Source: Eledone cirrhosa
Lineage: Eukaryota
Assembly (NCBI GenBank): GCA_964016885.1
Contig: OZ024752.1
Location: forward strand, 26,784,001 to 26,848,000
DNA: 64,000 nucleotides
Direction: 5' to 3'
The position numbers were made by a program, and so were the translations under genes. Below the pieces are notes generated by a model. It did no database searches. It had not been told where the DNA came from and saw only the letters and a list, made by a program, of their open reading frames with translations. This document shows, in pieces, positions 38,476 to 53,400 of the stretch (position 1 is the first letter of the stretch; each line of letters opens with the position of its first letter).

Positions 38476-41400
38476 TCAGGATTTATAGTAATTTCTAATA
38501 CAAAATCTTATAGATTTTGGAAGAACTGTTTTAGAAAACTTTCAAAAATACACAATTAGAGTTACATCATTTCTAATATATCAAAATTAATCATGAGAGA
38601 AACGTGTCATGCTTGTTGAATAAATACGAGCATATCTGTGTTAACTAAATATATCTATATTTACAGTTAGATAAAGAAAATCTAAACTATAATAAAGCAA
38701 GGAGCGCGGGACTGCGTACGGTTTATAATTTGTTATCCCATTAGTAAAACAAGTTGGATTACTTTGAATAAATAATTATTTCTACTTTTGGCACAAGGCC
38801 AGCAATTACCCAGTGCATTACTTTGAATAAATAATGAATGAATATTACATAATTTATCTACTATATTTCGTGGTTGTTGATTAAATATATTTTGTTTATT
38901 TGTTTATTTAAAGATTCACTTCTTTAAAATTTCTGAAATGTCAACATCTCCGTTTGACCATCACTTAAATAAACATACTAATTTTCTGTCACTAATTTTC
39001 TCCTAATGCAGTTTATATATAATATCGTCTTTTTTAATGTACCATGGATTACGTTATTGATTAAATAAGACAGTAATGCAGTCTTCGTTCAATTTCTATG
39101 TATTATATATTGTCAATTACGATTTTATTTGATGTATCATATCTACATTTACATATACCTGCGTATAATATCAATATACACACTACACATACTAGCAGAA
39201 AATTAGAATTATGAAATCTTCTACTTACGTTTATTGTTTGGGAAACGTGACATAGCTGAAATGTAAGACATAATTTTAGGTAACATTCTGTTATTTTCTA
39301 ATCTATTTAACTGTTTAAATCTAAATAAAGAATGCCTTACTAGTGGTAACAATGTTGTATATTATTCAAAAAAGAAAATTGATTCCATGAAATACTACAT
39401 CGACAATTGACGGCATTCTCGTGAATAGCGAAATAACCATAATCCCAAAGAGAAGAAACCGCAGCATTATTCTCTGAAAGTTCCGTACACTCTGAAGAAG
39501 GGAATTTTAAGTCCCGATATATTAGGATGGAAGAAACAATAGCAACAACAACAAACAAAACAAAGATTGCCAGGTAGCTTATTTTTTTGTTACCTCATCT
39601 TGCAGTCCATTTTGCATTGTTTAGCCTTATATATCTTTCCACATTATATATGTTATATATATGTTTCCTGTCTCAAATGCATTAGACAATTTTAGTTAAA
39701 ACAGATCAAAATTGATTTTTCTTATAAACCCCTACAAACACGAGTATTCAGCTGACCTAGGCATGTTTACATGATCGACGAACATCCCATACAAACAAGA
39801 GTGTTGTATGATGCCCTATCCATATGTTATCATGGCAGTAGGTTATCAAAGATCAGATACATGAATATACATATGGAATCTCCGAGTGTCTATCATATTG
39901 ACCTTAGCCCCAAATCAAATCTCTCTATATTTCTATATAAAATTCAAGATTACCCTCTGATGTATATTCATTCTATCATATTTCTGAAACACTAAGAGTT
40001 ATTCTTTAGAGAAATTCTATATTTCTGTTAATTTATTTAAAACATTCTCTCTATATATTCCCCCTAATTTCTGAAACAGAATTGTGTTAGTTATTAGAGT
40101 TTAATTAATATAGTATATATTGCTTATAGTGTAGTCAATCGTCAGGGTTAACTTTTCGGGAAAGAAATGATTTAGAAAGATTTCTTAAAATGCTAAAATG
40201 AGAGAAATATCACATTGAATGTATTACATATTGTCATAAGACAAACATGCAATTTTTGTTTATTTATATATATTAGAAAATACATATTTGCAGTTGAATA
40301 ATGATGAAATATAAAGAACACAAAGTGAAATTAGTAAATATCTGCTTACCACCATGGTGGAGGGCATGTATTCCAGCTGAAATTTGAAAACATGAAATTA
40401 TTACATAAAATGTTGCTATATGCTAATCCATTTAACTGTTTAAATATAAATTAAATACAGTTTATTCATGCCAGGTCACTCTTGAGTGCTACTGGTAGCA
40501 TATAACCCAGTACAACCTGTCACATCGTCGGGTTGTCGGCGACTAAACCGGCAACCCCACCAAGTTTACTTGGAAGGAGGGTGATTTTGAACACCCTACA
40601 GGACAAAAAACAAAACCTGACAAAGGGCGGAAGAACTCATAAGAGTCAACAGCCATCTAAAAGAAAGAAAAAAAAAATCCTGCCAAATCAATGGGTGACA
40701 GTAGTTCCAGAAAGATAGTGGTTCTGAGAACAATGTGGCTTTGCAGATGATCAATGCAAATTGACAATGGAAAGGCGCTTCCACTCGAGCTAGAAGAGAA
40801 CTATTGACCTTCAGGAGTAGCAGCGACCCCTGATTGTATTTAGCAACCAAAACAAATATGAAATACACCAAATCCAATTATGCGAAATTAATTGTTTATA
40901 CTTTTAGCACAAGGCCAGAAATTACCCAGTACATTACTGGTATTTTATTTTATCGACCCCGTAAGGATGAAAGGCAAAGTTAACCGCGACGGGATTTGAA
41001 CTCAGATCATAAAGGGACGTAACTATGCTAGAAAGCATGGCGTCCGACCCTCTACCGATACTGCCAATTCACCGCCTTTAATTAAGAAATAATTAAATAG
41101 ATGAACAATGTGTTCGATATTAGCGGTTAATCAATGTCATGTATATTTTTTTGTAATGTAGCGGTGTGTCTCTCAACATTTATCAACATGATTTTTTTTT
41201 TCTGATCATACCATCAACAATATTGATATCTTCAGCTTGATATTTATACCAGACAATCATACAAATATTTGAAATATATATCCGTGTCTAGCGTCTGTAG
41301 GTGATGAGACAAAGTTATATATCTAACAAAATAATGTCTAGAATTCATGATTATGAAATCTATGCACTATTTCAAACGTTAGCAAAATTTGTAATATTAT

Positions 41401-44400
41401 TGCCAGAGAGAGAGTAACACATTATAGTTAGTTTTAGTCTCAGTGTGCAAAACACGTATCTGCTACACAGTATCTTATTGTCACCACAGTGTTTAAAGCG
41501 TGTGTTTAGTGAAATCTTACACCCGCAAATCGACCTCAGCTTTCTATCTACAAACATATATATAGAACTTCTATTAGATAATTATGTACGCTTCCATCAC
41601 TTGTATTACTATGTAAATCAAGGTAGCCTAACTTAGTTGCAAGATGTTTGTGTATTTTATAAGTAGTTATGCTGTATCATGCACTTTGTGGTATGAAAGT
41701 TGGGTACATTGTTTAGAGCTTGTAATTCTCGCTGCAATAAAGGTTGAAGTAAGTAGAATATTCTATATTCTTTTCCTGAATAACTTGACTAATGAAAAGT
41801 TGTGATTATTTTCACCAGAAAAAAGAGGAATCACGATAAAAACTAAATAATTAAAATCAAAATAAGTTGCCTATTTTTCTCTTTTTATTTTTTCTTCATA
41901 ATTCGGAAATCACAATTTTAAATAATCCACGCTAGTGTGTACTTACGCATCTCTAATAGTTTGAATGGTAGTAATGGTGGTCCTAATGATCTAACTTCAT
42001 ATACTGTTGTCAAGTATTCAGCTACAAATAGAACAGAAATGAATATATAATATATCAATCAATTACTCACACTCAGACATGCATGTACATACTCACACAC
42101 ACATATATATATATATATATATGGGAGCAAAGATTAGAAATACAGAGGATGATGTAGTGGAGAGGAAGAAAAAAGCCTGGGCGGTGTGTCGCATTAAGAC
42201 CTGAATATCTGTCTCTTTGTCTCCACAGTGGAGTCTGCGCTGTTGTACTGGTCTGAAACTTGGACACGTACCAAAGACTCACTCAGATGGTCGCTGGGTG
42301 CTAAAAGAGGTAACTATAAAAAAACCAAGGTAGGCAACTTGTGTTTCACAGGGTTAATTTGATAAGTCGAAGAAAATAAATTCAATTAATTCAGACTAGA
42401 CCATTTTCCATAACAAATTTTGCTTCATGTGGGCAGCGACTGAAGTGGTCAAAGCGCGTATTTAAGCAGCGAATCCCTGAAGCCAGTTATGAGAGTATAT
42501 TCCACTTTTCTGAGTTACACAGCTGGCAACATTTTGTTTCATTGACATATGAGGTAGATTTTTCCAGTATCCTCCATTTAAGGGAGAACGCTGGGCCGTA
42601 AAGCATAACACACAAACATATGAATGTTGTGACGAACAGAATAATATATATTATAAAAATTAGAATTGGAGCTCTGAAATAGCAATATATATATGGATGT
42701 ATATATAATGTATTTTGCAATACACTTTATGCTTAATTAAAAGCATTTTGAAGACTGTAAGCTATTGTTTTAAAGTAGTGACAAATTCACTCACTTTGAT
42801 CTCAGCAAACAGGGGAGATAAGCCGACAAGACTTGTTTCGCTTTGGTTGAAGCTTATCAAGGCCAACTACCCCACCTGTCTGCTGAGATCATTGATGTTA
42901 TATTCTTATAGTGTATTGCAAAATACATTATATATACATCCATATATATATTGCTATTTCAGAGCTCCAATTCTAATTTTTAATTTCTGCCTGACCAACA
43001 ACCGCTCTGCATAATCAGCTCCTGATTATTTACTAGATTTCTATAAGAATATAACATCAATGATCTCAGCAGACAGGTGGGGTAGTTGGCCTTGATAAGC
43101 TTCAACCAAAGCGAAACAAGTCTTGTCGGCTTATCTCCCCTGTTTGCTGAGATCAAAGTGAGTGAATTTGTCACTACTTTAAAACAATAGCTTACGGTCT
43201 TCAAAATGCTTTTAATTAAGCATAAAGTGTATTGCAAAATACATTATATATACATCCATATATTATAAAAGTTTAAAAGTAGATTATCAGTAAATTCAAC
43301 AGGTTTTCATATTTTATATACTATCATATGTATTATCATTGATAAAATAATTTTCCATTGATTTTTTCTTTCATATTTTAGCATAATCTACTTTATTTCT
43401 TGTTATAAAAAATTTGAACTTCAAAGCAATTAGACAATTGCCATATATGTATATATATCAATGGTTTATTTTGAGTGTGGGTGTGTCAGGAGAATCAGGT
43501 AGTCGTAAAATAGAAGAGAATACTACTATGGAAAAGCGCCTAAGTTATAAATCTCTCAGATTAACATGAAAACACATATCTAACAAAGCAACTAGACAAT
43601 GGCAAACATTCTTTATGTATGGCTACAGGAAAAACATGATTTTGAGTGATATATGTATATGTGAAGTCAATTATAGTTTCTGACTTTCTGAGATAAACAA
43701 TTCGTGGCAACAAAAAAAAAGAAGAATGACAAATTAAATGATATGTCTATATAGCATCAATTTGATCCTTATGAATATGAATTAAAGTGGCATGAAGTAT
43801 AAAATTACCTTCTTCAAAATGTTCCTCTTTAACGTAGGCTTTCTCGACAACCATTGATGTTAGTGGAGTTACAAAATTATACTGTCAAAATAAACACTAT
43901 TAACGTTTAGCAAAAGAAAAATATTTCTTGAAATATGTTAAAGCAATAAATGGAAATATTTCACATAATTTGAATTCTAAATTATCGATCTCGTGTTTTC
44001 TTTGCTGGTATAATTTAGATAGTAATAAATAAGGTTCAAAAGCAGTGAAAAAGACAATAGAATGACATATTCATTGTATTACGCTATTTAGCTTCATCCA
44101 TCTTTGTTCTAAATTCAAATCGAATCATAGTCTACTCTATTTTTTTCTCAGTTGATTATGAGATAATTATCACTGATATACTGGTATCAAGGTAATAAAT
44201 GCCATCTCGTTTCTATAAGTATTCACTTTATGCTTAAGGAATATCTTTATAAATCATGATTTCAACCTTTTTTAAAAACTATAGGTAGTATCTATCATTA
44301 GACATATGTTAATAAAACGGCGAAAATATTAATATTTATCTAAAAATACTTCCATCATGATTTTATATAAGAACCTTTGTTAAGTAGGTAGCTGGTTAGT

Positions 44401-47400
44401 ATAATAAGGGAGAGATGTGGGTAGGTAAGAAATATATATACATATGTTTGGACCAAAGTATGACTGAACTTGGATTTGTAGACAAAGAGCGCAGTTCCCT
44501 AATTCACTCTTAGCTATTTGTAACCACAAGGATATGGTCCAAACGTGGAAGAGTTGAACTCCCACTGTCATCGCCTCCATCTCTGTCACCCTCCCCATCT
44601 CTTTTTATGGTGAGCAAATGGGGTCCCACATGCTGGCCTCCCCCACAGCCCTAGCGGACAGAATAGAGAAGGCTTTTCCCCAGAGGATGGTAAGGGATAT
44701 GGACTGGAAGAGCCATTCCAACTCGCGAGCCTCACACCTGCAGCTGGACAGCTCAGCACCTATGATGGTGAGTAGGGAGGTAGCCCTAGGGCCAAGGACA
44801 CCAGAAGTTACCACTGCCAAGGGCACCTGTCGGAAAGCAACCGGTACTTGGAGAGTTTGGCCTCCTCAGTCCGGCGTACAGCAGAACCTGGGTTAGTCGC
44901 AGACTGCACCATGTTGCGGCTGGAGAAAGTGTCACTGCAAGTGTCATCCCAGGCAAGGGGTTTGCCACCGCGGAACGAGAAGATGGTCATACTGTCTGGT
45001 CTTTTGCAGTCCACTCGGTCCAGCCCCACTGGCTCAAGCTGAGGGCAGCATGGCGTGGAAGGTGGCCAGCACTGTGGTGACAAGAAAGCGGGTGGAGGCC
45101 GAAAGAGTTCACGTTGGATTCACAGCGACATTTATGTGACTCGCAGATCCGGAGACCAAATATCAGGGAAATGCCGATGTGCAGGCTATCGTTATCCAGC
45201 TGCATGCCAGTGGAGAAGGAGGGCAAGGCATGGAGCCAGACACCACTGTGGAGTTCGGAGGCCATGCAAAAACAGGCAAGGCGGTGCTGGTGAAGCTGGT
45301 GCGTGAGACTGATTGAGACCAGGTTGCACTGGATGGCATCCCACATGCTTAGGGATGCCATGACATTAGCAGGGGGAGAAGGAGGAAGGACGTCTACTGG
45401 GCTAAGTCTCAGCCGGTCCCATATCTCACAGGCAACCTGACGTTCCCTGATCACAGAGTGTTCCATTGTGTTTTAGAGAACCCTGCTGACGAGGACGGGA
45501 CATGAGGTTACCGGTGAAAAAAACGCCGGCAAAGCCAGCGAGATCAGGGACCAGTTGCCAAGGCCACCATATCTGACAGGTAAAGTGGCCTGTTGCCATC
45601 CAATGTCATCAAACCTGGCGTTGTATATCTCCTTGGCTGCCGATCAGATACCAGTATCGAGGTCAGCGAGGAAATATGTATGGCTGTAGCACGGAGTGCT
45701 GCAAAGGTTATAGAGGAGCTTCAGCAAGCAGTTCCTGAACAGGAAGAGTGCTGGGTGGCCGTCAATCAAGCCCAGTCGGTTTGTGAGGGTCTCGAGTTGC
45801 TGGAACCTGGACCCGATGGTGGAGCAGATGGCCAGTGAGTGGATCGGTGACCCGAGAACGAGGACATCCTCTTTGGGGTCACCTGTACCTGGTGGAAAAT
45901 GGACCGCACGTCCGAGACGGAGGCTGCAGAGCTCTCAGCATCGTGGTTGACATTCATTCCCTCCTACTTGGACGAGTTGACCTGGAGGCCGATTCCCGCC
46001 AGGGCAGGAATCACCATTATAGGTCATGGCAGACAGTCTCTACGGGCCCACCCAAAAGACACATAAATAGTATGCAGACTTCATGATGGAATAGCCTATA
46101 AATGTATTAGATTCGTCACAATCAAACAAAAGTAAGAAGTGTTTATCTAGAAATTTCCTATTATCTAAAGTGACCTGACTCGGAAATAATAATTGTTTCT
46201 ACTTTTGGCACAAGGCCAGCAATTATCCCAATGGTACTTTATTTTATCGACCCCGTAAGGATGAAAGGCAAAGTTAACCTCGGCGGGAATTGAACTCAGA
46301 TCGTAAAGGGACGTAACTATGCTGGAAAGCATGGCGTCCGACTCTCTACCGATACTGCCAATCCACCAATAATAAAACGTCATCATTATCAACGTACAGG
46401 GATACCATATCATTTTTGCTGTAAACAAGAATTTAGATTTTTTAAACTTACTTTTAATATCAAAATTAGGTAGTTACAAATACAATAATTGGAAATTTGT
46501 ATTTGTTAGGGAGAGAGGGTTCTTCATATGATTTTAAACTATTAATCTTTCAAGGTTATATTGTAACTAAAAAAATGAGCTATTTTTAATATTCAACAAT
46601 TAAAATACAATTCGTAAGAGTTTCATTTTTACTCACCTTAAGAGCTAAATTGACAATTTTATTTCTAACATCTTGTGTTCTGTTTTTTTTAAGAAGTTCT
46701 TGCAATGTGAGGTAAACATACGTCTTTTTAGGAATTTCATAAAATGACTCAATAACAGTGTCATTATGCTCTTTCCCCCACATACGAATTTGACCACCAT
46801 TTATTGTCACTTCAAAAAGTTCCATGTGTTTGCCCATTCGATCTGTCTTTGGTAAACTCAAAAGTATACTCTGCAGGCTTTTATCTGATAAAACTCCAGC
46901 AACAACTAGTTCAGAACCTTTAAAATAATTACTAAATGATGTAGAGCTAGTATCAAAAGTTCCATCCAAGTATATTATTGATATATCTTTTAATAGGATG
47001 TTAGCTATTTCTTCATATAGATTCTTAATTTGAAATTTACTATCACTGTCTACATAGATCTTCCTATTAAAACCACCGTTTTCACTGGTAATCTCATGTA
47101 GAAATTTGCTGTCGCAGTCTTCTCCGAAACCCAGTGTAAATAGTGAAATATCGTTGTTCACAGATTTTATATTTGTCTTAATAATATCTACATTACTTTC
47201 TCCCAAAGTTGGCTGTCCATCAGTAAGAAATATTATGATTTTTTTCTTTGTGGTCGATAAAACATTTTTATGCTTCTCTATACTTTGAAGAAGAGCAGAG
47301 TTGATATTTGTACCTGAAACAACAACATCATCAATTTACTTTACGACCGCTTTTCAGTAAAATGAAAACAGTAAAAGGAAAATAATTAATATATCTTCTT

Positions 47401-50400
47401 GTCGTATGACATATGCACAATAGTTAGAAAGGCAGATTGAGATTAGCAAGCCAGACTAAGGCATCATCATCATCATCATCATTATACGTCCGCTTCTCCT
47501 TGCTTCCAAGGTTGGGACGGTAACTGATTCTGGCTTGATCTCTACAGCTGGATGCCCTTCCTAACACCAACCTCATTTACAGTGAGTGCTGGGTGCTTTT
47601 TTGCCGTGACACCTCCACGTCCCATTTACAGTGTGGGCTGGGTACTTATTTTGCCGTGGCACCTCCACGACCACTTTGCAGTGGAATGATAGGGACCCCA
47701 TTCCTATCATCTCATTTCTACAGCTGAGTAAACTGGAGCAATGTGAAATAAAGTGTCTTGCTCAAGGAAACAACACATCACCCGGTCTGAGAATTGAACT
47801 CAACATTTCGATTGCAAGCCCAATGCTCTAACCATTAAGCCATGCGCATCATTTCTAGTATTATGGATTGCCTCTAGGCTGCCAGGAAAACGTCTGAAGG
47901 GGCAATCCTGAACATCATGCAGCACTGTCTGATCAAGTCCCTACAGTCATATGTTAGGCTGTCTTTCATTTTCCATTGATGTAAATGATGGGCTGTCTGG
48001 GCATGTGTTGTGTGGATCTGATTCATAGTGGGAGACGGCAACCTACATGTGGCCCACCCTGTACAGGATTTGTTCCAACTAATGCCATTGCTCGGCATGT
48101 GCACCACCACGAAGAAGAAGAAGAAGAAGAAGAAGAAGAAGAAGAAGGAGGAGGAGGAGGAGGAGGAGGAGGAGGAGGAGGAGGTGGAGGTGGAGGAGGA
48201 GGAGGAGGAGGAGGAGGAGGATGAGGAGGAGGAGGAGGAGGAGGAGGAGGAGGAGGAGGAGGAGGAGGAGGAGGAGGAGGAGGAGGAGGAGGAGGAGGAG
48301 GAGGAGGAGGAGGAGGAGAAGGAGAAGAAGAAGAAGAAGAAGAAGAAGAAGAAGAAGAAGAAGAAGAAGAAGAAGAAGAAGAAGAAGAAGAAGAAGAAGA
48401 AGAAGAAGAAGAAGAAGAAGATTCATTCAGGCTATGTTTTGCATCGTCTCTTCTGTCTTACAAATGTTCCATGTATGAAATGTGCTATTACTAATGAAAT
48501 GTATTCTTAGATCAACTCACTGGTTTGAAACTAAAATCAAAACAATAGAAATATAAACTTTAACTTACCTCCTTTGACTGCAAGTTTACCAATGTAATTT
48601 TTAGCTAATTGTTTGTTAACTTCATTAGCTTTTAAAAATATGTTCTTGATCCACGAAACTTTTCTGCTGAAGACTCCAATAAGAAATTCATCAAGTTCTG
48701 GATCAAGTTGATCAATTATCATGATCATAGCTTCTTTTAATTGTTTCATTTTGGTTCCAGACATTGATTTACTGATGTCAAGCATAAATACAATGTCCTT
48801 TTTTAAGCTTGGCACGGAATCAATAGAAAAAAAGTGTACAAAGTAGCCATCAAGCGCCTATAAATGGAGGGTTGAGAAATAGAACAGTAAGGATGATTTG
48901 ATTTAATAATTCACAGCAAAAGAATATTACCACAATGATTTAACCTTAGATATTGAACATATACATAGCAATCATTAAAGTTTGATTACTTAACATGTTA
49001 AACATATATTGATATATTATATTATTATATTTGGGGATGGTCATTTTGCCAATTTTGCCAATAAAAATACATGCACTATGCGATTTTCACTTCAGTTTTA
49101 TCGTTGGTTATTAGTTAATTCCTCAAAGCTCTTTCATCACACATTCCCTGATCTTCTCAATGACATTTGGTTTTCTCTTTGTCACCTCTTCTTTTTGGAC
49201 ATGTAATGATATTTCATAATTTCATGTGAATTTCTTTCATGTTGTTTTTAGTTTAGTAGTTTTGTTATGTTGATATGGACACACTATCTATCAAGGTTGC
49301 GTTGTATTGCACAGCTAGTCGCTTTTCAAAATATCTTATTGCTACAGATTCCATGAATTTACCGACTACGTTTTTAGTACATTTGAATATAGAGTAGAAT
49401 TTTTTTCTAATATAATACAATGTTATTATTCTTTCGCAAGGCGGTGGATTGGCAGTATCGGTGGAGGGTCGGACACCATGCTTTCCAGCGTAGTTACGTC
49501 CCTTTACGATCTGAGTTCAAATCCCGCCGAGGTTGACTTTGCCTTTCATCCTTACGGGGTCGATAAAATAAAGTACCAGTAATGCACTGGATAATTGCTG
49601 GCCTTGTGCCTAAAGTAGAAACAATTATTCTTTCGCATGACTCATCCATACTTAGTATATGGGACATGATTGAATTATATATTTTTAGTTTTCGGATATA
49701 TTCAAATATAATGCAAATTTGTGTGATCAAATGTTCACTTTAAAAAAGTAGGGGATCGCTGTATATAAATGCATTTGTCTGAAAGGATTAGTATCCATGA
49801 ATTTTTGTTGACCGTAATACACCTTTTAGGCCTACCATACATTTCTACGGTAGCTTTGACTAACGGAATATATGTACAGAATTCAGGTAACTAGTGCATA
49901 GTACATCTAGTGCATAGTACAACTAGTGCATAGTACGGCTAGTGCATAGTACATCTAGTGCATAGTACAACTAGTGCATAGTACAACTAGTGCATAGTAC
50001 ATCTAAAATAACTAGCTATATTATTTGGTTAATTACCGATACCTATTTTCTGACAATCCGTCTAGGATTTGACACGGTAGTGAAAATTTCCACTGTGGTA
50101 GTCCAGCCATTATTGCTAAAAACCCTCAGTTGCATTATACATGAGCTCAGCGAAAAACATTGGGGTCCACATTATTTGTGATTATAATTTTTCCTTTAGT
50201 TCTTCTCCTTCACACATAGAAAATAATTGTTTCTGATTTAAGCACAAGGCCAACAATTTTAAGGGAGGAGAAAGTCAATTAAATCGACCCTGATGCATTA
50301 CCAGAGCTTTATTTCATCGACCCTCAAAGGAGGAAAGGAAAAGCTAATCTCGCCGGGATTTGAAAATAATAAAACATCACACCCTCAAACGCAGCTGATA

Positions 50401-53400
50401 TACTAGTTAATCGTTTCAACATGCAACAAAATGATTCTTTCAGAGGTCCTAGAACGTTTGTCTTCTGCCGTCAGTATCTCAAGAATGATGTATTGTACAG
50501 TATCAAATGAATCAAAATGATGTCCCGCCGAGGTTGTCTTCATGGCAATAATTCAATAATGGAGTCTGTAGTGCAATATTTTCTTAAATACATTACAGAA
50601 TAGTAAAAGCCAACTAGATTCGAACATTCATCATATTATTGAACAATAAATAAACGGTCCCATCACCCTTTTAGGGATAAGGAATATTGTAAAAGACAGT
50701 AGGAGAGGAGAAAGAACTGACATGTGAATGACACAAACATACTAAACACGAAAAAATTGAGGCATTTTAAATTATAAATGCCATGATAGTTTAATAATTC
50801 ATTGTAAAGGACAAGACAATTTGATTTAAAACAGTATCTTACATATATAAAATTAGAATTATCTGTACGTTTCAGATCATACTTCACTGTTAGTAAACCT
50901 GCAACACCATCCTTTGAAATTTCTTGTTGTTGTTTACGACTAGGGTTGTATTTGATGTAAACATTCTTACTAGTGATGTTCTTAATACTTGCAGAATCTA
51001 GCCCTGAAAATTAATAATATATTGAATATAATGGGGTGTATGTATGGAACAATACAAATGATGAATGGGAGAGACGAGTGCCCGAGAAGACATGGCATGA
51101 AATCAACAAGCTTCGAGTATTAGAAAGCACTGTAGTAGAGCTAGAAATGACAGTGGTTGGATCTGGTTTGGAGAATTGGATACATAAGCAGAGTATGTTT
51201 ATTTGTTTTGTTTATTGGGAGAATTTATTACAGTAGGAAAGAATATGCAGTAGAAAATAGGCAGGGAAAATGATGATAAATGGAACAAATAAAAACAAAG
51301 TAATGTTTTACCCAGTGTATTTACCCTCTTTTCAGGTGCGAGGCTGAAACAGTCCAATACAAAAGAAATGAGAGATCAGAGTTTTCAAAGTTTTCTTCCT
51401 TAATAATATTTAATTTTTTTTTTCAACATAAATCTCAAAAGATAGTACAAGTCTACATCATGGTATTACTGCATTCAGGAAAAACATTACTGTTCTTCTA
51501 AGTCAAATGTCTTTAACTGTGAGTCATGATTATTAAGCCGTTTATCATCCAGCAGCCTCAGCTGAAATGGACTCAACAATTCATCTCCACGTGGGTCTGT
51601 CGTTCATTGCCACTGCCAAGGCCTGGATTTCAATATCAGAATCTCTGGAGATAACATCGGGATAGGAGAGCTTGCGCCCCTTGTTATTAGTGACTGATTG
51701 TCGTTTTCAAAGCACTAATGGGAACACAGCCTCATAGGTGGCGCGATGGCAGTGACCAGCAAATCTTACTCTCCTTTTACGTACGACAGATATGTGTGGG
51801 AGACCAGCATATATCTCTCTCAAAATCAGATGTCACCAGCTTATGTTCTGAATGGGTTGAAGCAGGCGAGTGTAAGTGCCATCAAGGTGCTTTTGTTGTT
51901 TGAATGAAAGCGTCCATGTTTCACTTCCATATAGCAAGATTGGTTAAATTGTTACTTGAAATAGGCTGATCCTGGTGTGGTTGGAAAGATTTGAGCACCA
52001 AATTCGATCCATCTTGCTGCAAGCTGACCATACTTGGGCCTTTCTGGTGGCAAAATCCTTCTCAGAGTCCATGAACCAGGACCCAAGATACTTGATATCA
52101 CTGCCGTTGATTGCTTTGATGCTGTTGCCTGTAGTTTTATATGTACTCTGTTTTACTCTCGTTGAAATGAAGGCCAACGAGGGCAGCTGCTTTCTGGAGA
52201 GATTTCAAATGTTGTTGCGCATTTTCTAGGCAATCTGAAAGAAGTGCAATGCCATCTACAAAGTAAATGTTTAGAGGGCTGCCTAGAGCTCATGCAGGGT
52301 TTGATGGTTATACCTTTGTTATTGATTTTGTCAATTGAGAGTCTTAGAACATAGTCTCTAGAGCAATGATAAAGAGGAATGGGGCAAGAGTGTCAGCCTG
52401 CAGCATTCCTGCTGAGATATCAAAGAACTATGTTGAGCCATCAGGGGTGATGATAGGGGCATTTGTGTTGAGATACAGAGCCTTAATTGCTTTCACAAGT
52501 CTTGCTGGTATGCCATACAAGGGTAGAATTTCAAACAGAATCTCTGTTTATGCTGTCAAAAGCTTTTCTAAAGTCAACAAAAAACTAGAGCCATTTGTCT
52601 GTTGGAGTTTCTCATTTCTTCCACTACTCTTCTCGATGCCAAAATCTGTGCAAGTGTAGATCTACCACGCCTAAAACCGTTTTGGTTGATGTGAAGGATT
52701 GGATCAACATACGGAACTATATGGTTGAGGATTAGCTTGTAGATCTTGACAGCAATGGGCATAAGTGATATTCCTCGGTAGTTTTGGGGCGATGAGAGGT
52801 CGCCTTTTGGGGGGACAGGAACTATGCCTGCTTTTAGCCAACTTGTTGGAGGAATTTTGTTGCTTAAGGTGTCGTTGCAGATTGATAATGGGACTGGAGT
52901 AAGGTTGGAGTCTTTCCAAATTATACTGGGTATGTTGTTGAGACCGGGTGATATTTTTTCAGCCGTTTATAGACAACCACATCAAATAATTCCAGCTATG
53001 TTAAATGATGATAAGTAAAATAATGATTTATTCTTTACACATATTTCTCTCACAGCTTATATTTTTGTTTAATTCTTTCGTAATAGCTTTATATGTTTTA
53101 CATCTCCGTTGGTACGGACATGTACAGCGAGCCACGTCATGCATCAACTCCATCACTCACTTGGCAATCCCTGGCACAAGAGATCACGGTATACCAAGCA
53201 AGACGTGGTTGGAGTGCGTGAAGAGTGATTTGTATAAATGGAACTTGGCCGATGTCGATGCGTGCGGTGTTCCACATTGCAAGGCTGTGTGTCAATGCAA
53301 ATCAGGATGTTGTTGGAGATAAATGTGTCCGGAATGATGCCGGTATACTTAGTGTCATGAATGATCAGAAAAAAGAGGCCTGGAAATGTCATTATGAGAG

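Larger units (their letters stand above)
42395..43262. mobile_element. Penelope-like element: endonuclease C-terminus (minus strand) plus nested inverted pseudo-LTRs
   Basis: LKWRILEKSTSY...KCCQLCNSEKWNIL...LNTRFDHFSRCPH; inverted arms about 42690-42910 / 43041-43262 and 42656-42727 / 42911-42982. Confidence 0.85.

Noticed and set aside
39340-39620. Hydrophobic minus-strand ORF resembling a type II membrane anchor or alternative last exon
   Set aside because: Needs a frameshift to reach an ATG, donor phase does not fit the neighbouring exons, and it lies between two better-supported microexons
48028-48510. Poly-K/E/R/L ORFs
   Set aside because: Triplet repeat translations
49439-49530. tRNA gene
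   Set aside because: A and B boxes belong to a SINE head with a conserved body and TSD; no complete cloverleaf
49891-50004. CRISPR-like regular repeat
   Set aside because: No spacers, 16-bp head-to-tail minisatellite, eukaryotic context
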